A DNA stretch of 64,000 nt, taken from the NCBI GenBank assembly GCA_949740535.1, contig CATJHO010000098.1:2570-66569 (forward strand), read 5' to 3'. This DNA comes from an uncultured Lachnospiraceae bacterium (GTDB lineage Bacteria > Bacillota > Clostridia > Lachnospirales > Lachnospiraceae). Under the pieces are notes generated by a model. That model was not told where the DNA came from and made no database searches. It saw nothing but the letters and a program-made list of their open reading frames with translations. Of this stretch, positions 57,217-64,000 are shown piece after piece; position 1 is the first letter of the stretch; each line of letters opens with the position of its first letter. The position numbers were made by a program, and so were the translations under genes.

Positions 57217-57287
57217 TCACCTTCTGTCGCTTTTTTCGGTGCAAAATCCCCTCAAATTTAACTTCTTCACCCTAAAGTATCCTTAGT

Positions 57288-58034
57288 TTACCTCTTTTTC
57301 ACAAATTGTGCAAGTACACGCAGGGTCCGGCATACATCTGTAAACCAGGCCATCCCCGCTCCGTTCTCCTTCAGGGCACGATGGCCTTCCTTCATACCCT
57401 CCAGATAAGCGCCCAGGCTGCTGGTACTGGTTCCTCCATGCTCCATATAAATCAGAATCTCCGGCAGATAAGAAAGCTTCACCTTTCCATCCTTCAGAAT
57501 CCGGATCATAAACTCATAATCCGCTGAAATCCGGTAATCGGTTTTGTAGTAACCGAATTTTTCATAGACCTGTCTGCGCAGATACAGGGTGGGATGTCCC
57601 GGCATCCATCCAAAACGTATTTTTCCCTGCCCCTGATGCCAGCGGCGCACAACCCGCTCTCCTTCCATATAGCAGAGATCTCCATGTACTCCGTCCGTTC
57701 CTTCCCGCAGAATTATTTCAACCATCCGGGAAATCACATCCGGACCGGCAAACCGGTCAAAACAGCATCCCAGAATTTCCCCGGATGCCATGCGAAGCCC
57801 CTTATTCAATGCATCGTAAATCCCCTGATCCGGCTCCGAAATCCACCGCAGGCTGTCCCCAAAGGCTTCCTGGGCCTTCCGGAGCACCTCCAGCGTCCCG
57901 TCTGCTGATCCGCCGTCCACAATGATATATTCCAGGTTCTCATAGTCCTGCTGCTGTACCTGACGGATGGTCTTTTGCAGACTCTCCTTGTCATTGTAGG
58001 TAGTTGTTACAATTGATACCCTGGGTTTATCCAT
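57288..58034 (-). CDS. GT2 glycosyltransferase (WcaE-like)
   Basis: IIVDGGS.DGT, SEPD.GIYDALNKG, HPT, ISADYE. Confidence 0.9.
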   Translation of the reverse strand: MDKPRVSIVTTTYNDKESLQKTIRQVQQQDYENLEYIIVDGGSADGTLEVLRKAQEAFGDSLRWISEPDQGIYDALNKGLRMASGEILGCCFDRFAGPDVISRMVEIILREGTDGVHGDLCYMEGERVVRRWHQGQGKIRFGWMPGHPTLYLRRQVYEKFGYYKTDYRISADYEFMIRILKDGKVKLSYLPEILIYMEHGGTSTSSLGAYLEGMKEGHRALKENGAGMAWFTDVCRTLRVLAQFVKKR

Positions 58035-59238
58035 CTCTCTCCTCCCAAAGCTCCCGGTACAAAGACAGATACTCCCGGAACCGATCCTCCTTGTTATATC
58101 CCGCCGCTTTCTTAAGACATGCAGCCCGCCTGGACGGCTCTCTTTGAAGCTCTAAAACTGCCCTGAAAAGGGCCTCAGCGTCCCCCCGCGGCACAATTTT
58201 CCCTGTCTCCTCATCCACGGATTCCACGCTCCCCCCGGTCGCAAAAGTAATCACCGGCGTCCCGCATGCCAGGGCCTCCAGATTGGTGGTGGGAAAGGTA
58301 TCCTCCAGGGTGGGATTCACATACACATCCGCCATGGAATAATATTCTGCCAGCTCTTCAATACTGTCCGTGCGCATAACTCCGTGAATCTTGGGGTGGA
58401 GTTTCATAAGCTTCCTTTTAGAGAGACCAATCAGAATAATCTGACAGGATTCATCCAGCCGATCTGCCAGCCCCTCAAAGTAAGCATAACCCTTCCGCTC
58501 CTCCCACATACCTGCAACACCCAGAAGAATAAATTTTTTTTCCATCCCCAGCCGCTTCTTAAGCCCCCTGTCTGCCGGATGGAACCTTTCTAAATCAATT
58601 CCGTTTGGAATCACCCGCACCGGATATTCCTTCAGATAGGATTCCTTCACAAAACGGGACAGCCAGCGCGAGGGCGTCACAATGGTCAGATGGGGAACGC
58701 CGGTAAAAGCCGCCTTCTTCCTGCGATAGTTCTCTCTGGAATTATCCCGGAACAGTGCATAGGGATAAACATTCTTATACTGGGCGCAGCTTTCACAGCC
58801 GGTTTTCCACTTCATGCAGCCGATATAGTCAAAATGCGCACAGTGCCCTGTAAAGCTCCAGCAGTCGTGAAGGGTCCAGACTACCGGTTTTCCCGCTTCC
58901 TTTAAATACGCGAAAAGCTGTTCCACATCCAGATAAAATCCATGGATATTGTGGAGGTGAATCACATCCGGATCATACTCCCTGATCTTTGCAAGCAGCC
59001 GCCCGGTCTGCTTCCTGGATGCAAAGCCGTGTTCTCCCTTAAAAAAGGTGTGGAGCACATGAATCCCCATATCCAGACTGGTGCCAAACTTACAGGCATT
59101 CACCCCCTGGGGCGCTTCTCTCCGGCCAAAGGCCGCCATACCGGCATTCCCCTCTGCCTCCAGAGCATGTATCAAATCTACCGTAATCCGGCCCACACTG
59201 CCGCTGCCGCATACCGTATTAATCTGCATTACTTTCAA
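58027..59238 (-). CDS. GT4 glycosyltransferase (WcaC-like)
   Basis: HLHNIHG, WTLHDCWSFTGHC, VTPSRWL, EDTFPTTNLEA.ACGTPV. Confidence 0.9.
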   Translation of the reverse strand: MKVMQINTVCGSGSVGRITVDLIHALEAEGNAGMAAFGRREAPQGVNACKFGTSLDMGIHVLHTFFKGEHGFASRKQTGRLLAKIREYDPDVIHLHNIHGFYLDVEQLFAYLKEAGKPVVWTLHDCWSFTGHCAHFDYIGCMKWKTGCESCAQYKNVYPYALFRDNSRENYRRKKAAFTGVPHLTIVTPSRWLSRFVKESYLKEYPVRVIPNGIDLERFHPADRGLKKRLGMEKKFILLGVAGMWEERKGYAYFEGLADRLDESCQIILIGLSKRKLMKLHPKIHGVMRTDSIEELAEYYSMADVYVNPTLEDTFPTTNLEALACGTPVITFATGGSVESVDEETGKIVPRGDAEALFRAVLELQREPSRRAACLKKAAGYNKEDRFREYLSLYRELWEERDG

Positions 59239-59253
59239 ATTCGTTTCGTCTCC

Positions 59254-62200
59254 TTAACACAACTCGCAGTCCCACACATCTACACCGCTGTCCTGAAACA
59301 CACTGCGGATCCGGTTTTGCAGTTCTTCTTTGGTATGCCCCTTTTTCAATACCGCCTGCAGAAATCCGCCGCCGCCTGCGCCGCAGATCATCCGGGCCGC
59401 CAAGAGATCCTGGCAGCTTAAGAAGATTTGGTCAATGCAGGTATTGGTACTGCCGCCGTCCAGGCGCTTGGACAGCTCCCAGTGCCGCTCCAGAAGCTCC
59501 GCGAATCTGTCGATATTTCCTTTTTCCAGCTCAAACTTCATCAGCACAGCCGTCCGCTGAATCTCATAGAGAACTTCGATGGAATTGGGATTGGAGCCAA
59601 TATAACCGCCTACCACTTCCCGCAGAAGGTTCCGGGCCAGACGGCGCTGTCCTGTATAGATCAGCACGAAGCGTTCCTGAAGCTCCTCCATCGCCTCCCC
59701 TGGCAGCACCAGATGTTCCACATGAATCTCCTGAAGAAGCCCCGGTTTCGTGGTCACAAGCTTGATCCCTTCCGTAAGACCGCCCACCTGATCCTGCCAG
59801 CCGCCGCCGGTGCTCATCAGCTGCTCCATACAGAGCACATGGGTATACAAATCATTTTCCGTAACTTCTTTTCCAATATATGCAAAAAGCGCCTTCACAC
59901 AGGCCCCTGCCAGAATGCTGCTTGTCCCAAGACCGGATCCTCTGGGAATTCCCATCACTGCTGTGGAGAGATACAGACCTCCGCCCAGCTTTTTCATAAG
60001 CGCCTCAAAGGAAAGCTCTCCCTCAAGAGGTACAATCCCACAGGCTAGCAGGGCCGCCTTATGCAGTGCGTAAGTGTCAAAGGGATCCCGGCAGCTTTGA
60101 AGACGCCGGATATCTGTAAATTCCTCATAAGCCCCGGAATCCGTGCTGGCCAGAGCAATACAGGGTTTCTCCATCCGCCGTACCGTGACAATCACCGGCC
60201 GAATTCCATTCAGTTTCACCGCCGCATTCAACACCGTCCCGCCATGTTCATTGCAGTAAGGCGGCGTGTCTGACCATCCCCCGCCGAAATTCACCCGGAC
60301 CGGAAGCTCTACTTTCACTTCTTCCCTGGTAATATGATACTGCTCCTCCACAGGTGTGTTTCCAATACTTGCGTCATACAAGCTGTCGCAGATATAGCGG
60401 AAGCATTTATCCTCCAGTTCTTCGCTCTCATGTCCTCTGGTCATTTTGGACAGATAATAATACAGACGCATACGAAGCCCGAACTCCGACTCCTCCGCAA
60501 TTTCCTTCAGCTTTGTAAGCTCTCCAGCCGTCATACCCTGGCTGCCAAATACAGCCACAGCATCTGACACGCTTCTGCGCTCCTTAAGCGCCAGCAGAAA
60601 CCGGGTAATCCGTACCTGGGTATTCAATTTCGCCTGCCAGGCAGCTATCTCCCGGATATCAGCCTCTTCAAAGCTCTCCCGAAGACTCAGCCGGCGCAAG
60701 GCACGGTACTCCTGCGCCCGCTCCCTCTTCCCGGCGGCCAGGCCAAGAATCAGCACAGCGGCATCCACCGCCCCGCCGATGGTCTTACACGCCGGATATA
60801 TATCTGCATCCCACAGACAATGTCTTTCACCCTTCCATACCTGCTCCGGCTTAAGACCGGCAGCTTTCAGGAACCTCTCCAAGGGCACTCCCAGAAATGT
60901 GCATCCTTCCTCCATACTCTCCTTGGGGTTGTCATCCACTCCGTAAACCCGCACCACAAAGGTTCCGTCTTTCTGCTTCAGGCCATGCAGCACGGTGCCG
61001 TCCGGAATCTGCTCTCCCCGCAGGGTTACAGCCGCAATCACACAGGATTCCCCTATCCGGGTTCCCTCATAGATATAGCTGTCCTCAATGTAGGAAGAAG
61101 AGGCAGTCTGTGTATTCTTCTCTATATAACTGTTGCTGTAGGCACAGGCCCCCGGATGCTCCTCCACACCGAAGATCTGTCCCCGCCAGTCCAGAAATTC
61201 AAAATTGTCAACCTCCTCTGCCATAAGGCTCAGAAGCTCTCTGGTGGTACCGAAATGAATAAACCGGGCCGGAGCCACGCAGATAAGCTTCAGAGAATAG
61301 GAATGAACCGCGTCCCAGATTTCCCGGCGGCAGCTGAGCAGTTCTTCACACATCTCGCCTTCTGCATTCTCCTTCAGGTACTGTTCCAGCGTAGAGCGGG
61401 AAGCCAGGGGATACAAAAAGTCCCCATAGAAGCTGATGCGGGCCTTGTCATTGACAAAGCGGGCATATTTCTCCTCCACGATTTTTCCGTTTTCCCCAAT
61501 CAGCCCAAACAGATGCTCCAGCAGATCGCAGTCCAGCAGAATCGCCCCTGTGTCCAGGTCCACCGCACCCTGGCAGTTCACTGCCCCCATGCGGTGCAGC
61601 TGCTCTGTCCCCTGCTTGTGGAGGAAATTCCCCACATATCCTTCCGAATCACTCAGAAAAACACCGTGATTCTGTCCGATTCTCACATCTTCCTTGATGG
61701 AGATGGCCGCTGCCCCTTTGAAAGCCACATCTACCTGCAGAGGATTAAACAACAGCAGTACATCCCCCGACAGTACCAGCATTCCCTCTTTTAAACGGGC
61801 AGGCATTCCCGACATGCCGATGATAAACTCATCAAACAGCGTGGAGCGCCGTCCGTCCGGAAGCTCTCTGGGAACCGGGGAAAACAGCTTCCCACAGGCA
61901 GAATACTGGGGCACCCGCTTGGAATCTCCGCCGGAGTGAATCACAAGGATCCGTTTATTCCGAAAGCACTGCTCTTCCTCCCCCTGCTCACTGATATATT
62001 TCATCACATGAAAGGTAGCTCCGCCGGATCCCACCCGCTTTCCTTCCGGATCCGGCAGTACCTTGTAAACTGTCTGGGCCGGAAGCCTGCCCTGCTCAAG
62101 CCTGTCATCCAGCTGCGCCTGATAAGCGGCCGCCTGCTCCTCGTTGGAGGCCGTCAGGATTACATAATCCCAGCGGATAAAATATTTTTTTGTAAGAGAT

Positions 62201-62271
62201 TTCTCATACTCTTCCCATGCGTCCTGATAACTCTGGCGCAGAAACAGGTTTTTGATTTTCTGTGATATCAT
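59254..62271 (-). CDS. fkp: bifunctional L-fucokinase / fucose-1-phosphate guanylyltransferase
   Basis: N-terminal RVGSGGAT and HSGGDSKRVP pyrophosphorylase; C-terminal GHMP kinase PVRVNFGGGWSDTPP, PRGSGLGTSS, GGGWQDQ, GAGGGGF; 1005 aa. Confidence 0.92.
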   Translation of the reverse strand: MISQKIKNLFLRQSYQDAWEEYEKSLTKKYFIRWDYVILTASNEEQAAAYQAQLDDRLEQGRLPAQTVYKVLPDPEGKRVGSGGATFHVMKYISEQGEEEQCFRNKRILVIHSGGDSKRVPQYSACGKLFSPVPRELPDGRRSTLFDEFIIGMSGMPARLKEGMLVLSGDVLLLFNPLQVDVAFKGAAAISIKEDVRIGQNHGVFLSDSEGYVGNFLHKQGTEQLHRMGAVNCQGAVDLDTGAILLDCDLLEHLFGLIGENGKIVEEKYARFVNDKARISFYGDFLYPLASRSTLEQYLKENAEGEMCEELLSCRREIWDAVHSYSLKLICVAPARFIHFGTTRELLSLMAEEVDNFEFLDWRGQIFGVEEHPGACAYSNSYIEKNTQTASSSYIEDSYIYEGTRIGESCVIAAVTLRGEQIPDGTVLHGLKQKDGTFVVRVYGVDDNPKESMEEGCTFLGVPLERFLKAAGLKPEQVWKGERHCLWDADIYPACKTIGGAVDAAVLILGLAAGKRERAQEYRALRRLSLRESFEEADIREIAAWQAKLNTQVRITRFLLALKERRSVSDAVAVFGSQGMTAGELTKLKEIAEESEFGLRMRLYYYLSKMTRGHESEELEDKCFRYICDSLYDASIGNTPVEEQYHITREEVKVELPVRVNFGGGWSDTPPYCNEHGGTVLNAAVKLNGIRPVIVTVRRMEKPCIALASTDSGAYEEFTDIRRLQSCRDPFDTYALHKAALLACGIVPLEGELSFEALMKKLGGGLYLSTAVMGIPRGSGLGTSSILAGACVKALFAYIGKEVTENDLYTHVLCMEQLMSTGGGWQDQVGGLTEGIKLVTTKPGLLQEIHVEHLVLPGEAMEELQERFVLIYTGQRRLARNLLREVVGGYIGSNPNSIEVLYEIQRTAVLMKFELEKGNIDRFAELLERHWELSKRLDGGSTNTCIDQIFLSCQDLLAARMICGAGGGGFLQAVLKKGHTKEELQNRIRSVFQDSGVDVWDCELC

Positions 62272-62430
62272 GGTTCTCCTTATACGGCCGCGGTTACGTT
62301 AATTATTCCGCCTTCTGCCATTACTCTGATATTTTCTTTTGCTTTGAAATATGGTATACTAAAGTACTGAAATACTAAGAATTTAATTTAGATTCAGTCC
62401 CTATTTTTCTAAAGAAAGGCAGACCATACT

Positions 62431-63213
62431 ATGTTAATAATACAACCTTCAGGCGGTTTATGCAATAGGATGCGGGTGATTAATTCCGCATGGGAGCTGG
62501 CAAAGAAACGGGGAGAACGGCTGATCGTTCTGTGGTATCTCTGCCCGGAGCTCAACTGCTCCTTTGAATCCCTGTTCCAGCCGGTGACTGAGATCCGGAT
62601 CATCAATATCCGTTCCCTTTTAGATCCCCGCAAGCTTTTCTATCAGCTTACCGCCCGGCAGCGCTTTGGCAACGACGATATTCTCAACCACAAAACAGAC
62701 GGCATCCTCCACCAAGACTTTTACGAAAGTCTGAAGAATCCCGTCTATCTTTTTACCTGGGAACATTTTTATCCTTCCCATGACTATCATTTTTATGTGC
62801 CTGCTGCCCCTCTTAAGAAGCGCATCGAAGCTGTCACCGCTTCCTTTGGAGACCGCTGTGTAGGCGTTCATATCCGCCGGACTGACAATACAGTCTCCAT
62901 GGGAAAGAGCACCACAGAACAATTCCTGGCTCTTATGCACAAAGAGCTGGAAGCTGAACCGGAAACCCGTTTCTTTCTGGCCACCGACGATATGGAAGAG
63001 GAAGCTCTTCTTAGAAAGACCTTTCCCGGACGTATCTTAAGCAATGAGGCCCGGACCTTAAACCGCAGCTCGGAAGCTGGTATGCATGACGCCCTTCTGG
63101 ATCTGTACTGCCTTGCCTCCACCAGGAAACTGATTGGCAGCTACTGGAGTTCCTTTACGGATATTGCCGCCGATATGAAGGGGATTGAGAAGGTGATCGC
63201 CGGAGAAGCATAA
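62431..63213 (+). CDS. fucosyltransferase-like protein (GT11/GT23/O-FucT superfamily)
   Basis: GGLCNRMR, GVHIRRTD, FLATDD, DLYCLA...IGSYWSSF; divergent from fkp. Confidence 0.78.
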   Translation: MLIIQPSGGLCNRMRVINSAWELAKKRGERLIVLWYLCPELNCSFESLFQPVTEIRIINIRSLLDPRKLFYQLTARQRFGNDDILNHKTDGILHQDFYESLKNPVYLFTWEHFYPSHDYHFYVPAAPLKKRIEAVTASFGDRCVGVHIRRTDNTVSMGKSTTEQFLALMHKELEAEPETRFFLATDDMEEEALLRKTFPGRILSNEARTLNRSSEAGMHDALLDLYCLASTRKLIGSYWSSFTDIAADMKGIEKVIAGEA

Positions 63214-63222
63214 AAAACCTCT

Positions 63223-64000
63223 TTAATGATTGACCGCTCTCTCCAATTGGAGAAATGCCTTCTCAAGTATCGATCTGGGGCAGGCTATATTCACCCGCTC
63301 AAATCCTCTGCCTTCCGGACCAAACATCCCGCCGCTGTCCAGCCACAGCCTGGCTTTATTTACAATCAGATCTTCCCGTTCTTCCTCACTGAGGCTGAGC
63401 TCCCGGAAGTCCAGCCAGACAAGGTATGTTCCCTCCGGCTCAATCAGGCGGACGCCGGGAAGCCTTGTCTCCAAAAATCCGCGCACAAAGTTCAGATTTT
63501 CCAGAAGATATGCTTTCAGCTGAGAAAGCCATTCCTCTCCTCCCTCATAGGCCGCCTGACAGGCTGCCATACCCATAAGATTTATCTGTCCATAACCGGC
63601 AGCTTCTATGGTTTCCCGGAATTTCTCTCTGAGCTCTCTGTTGGGAATGAAAATGTTCGAAGCCTGCAGCCCGGCCAGGTTGAAGGTCTTGCTGGGAGCC
63701 GTACAGGTAATCGTAATCTGTGCATATTCTTCCGAAAGGGATGACAGAACCATATGGCGGTAACCCGGATATACAAAATCACCGTGGATCTCATCACTGA
63801 CAATCCGCACTCCATGCTTCACACAGATATCCCCCAGTCTGCGCAGCTCCCACTCTCTCCACACCCGCCCTACCGGATTATGCGGACTGCAGAGAATAAA
63901 AAGCTTCACCTGGTGCCGAGCCGCTTTCCTTTCAAAATCTTCAAAGTCAATCTCATAATGTCCGTCCACAAGCTTCAGCGGGTTATTGACCGGCATCCGC
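63223..64000 (-). CDS. patB: MalY/PatB-family PLP-dependent C-S lyase (5' end outside the window)
   Basis: LCSPHNPVGRVW, SDEIH.D, APSKTFNLAGL, EGTYLVWLD, R.N.ACPRS. Confidence 0.9.
   Translation of the reverse strand, partial: RMPVNNPLKLVDGHYEIDFEDFERKAARHQVKLFILCSPHNPVGRVWREWELRRLGDICVKHGVRIVSDEIHGDFVYPGYRHMVLSSLSEEYAQITITCTAPSKTFNLAGLQASNIFIPNRELREKFRETIEAAGYGQINLMGMAACQAAYEGGEEWLSQLKAYLLENLNFVRGFLETRLPGVRLIEPEGTYLVWLDFRELSLSEEEREDLIVNKARLWLDSGGMFGPEGRGFERVNIACPRSILEKAFLQLERAVNH

Noticed and set aside
60820-61794. 324-aa ORF antisense to fkp
   Set aside because: Shadow ORF with no protein-like features
23061-63213. Whole region as a mobile island or invertible-promoter locus
   Set aside because: No integrase, transposase, recombinase or flanking inverted repeats seen; core genes (rho, rpmE, prfA) are embedded and most genes have host-like composition

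Overview
Chromosomal window from a Bacillota genome (gene content and order suggest Lachnospiraceae; this is inference). 1-23 kb is mostly housekeeping (tandem-OB ssb, typA, type III glutamine synthetase, lipid kinase, hisC, DUF2156, ABC exporter, nucleotidyltransferase, glmM). It also holds a ROK-regulated operon pairing a sugar-type ABC importer with two amidohydrolases, and an M23/bactofilin pair. From 23 kb to 63 kb lies a large cell-surface decoration region: about seven GT-C-fold membrane glycosyltransferases, five polyprenyl-phosphate-type GT2s (one with a DUF2304 partner), a 3-amino-3,6-dideoxyhexose pathway, three acyltransferase-3 proteins, an MBOAT/SGNH pair, rfbD, and an Fkp fucose-salvage enzyme divergent from a fucosyltransferase. 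The rho-rpmE-DUF1385-prmC-prfA block interrupts this region. Most notable observations: (i) an ArnT-like gene switched off by a G10 tract that would be in frame at G9 (candidate phase variation); (ii) a ~104-bp hairpin element in three copies, sitting directly upstream of ribosome-binding sites; (iii) Fkp plus fucosyltransferase in a Gram-positive; (iv) several apparently catalytically dead paralogs. No rRNA, tRNA, CRISPR array, transposase or integrase was recognised. All family assignments come from motif recognition by eye, not from database searches.
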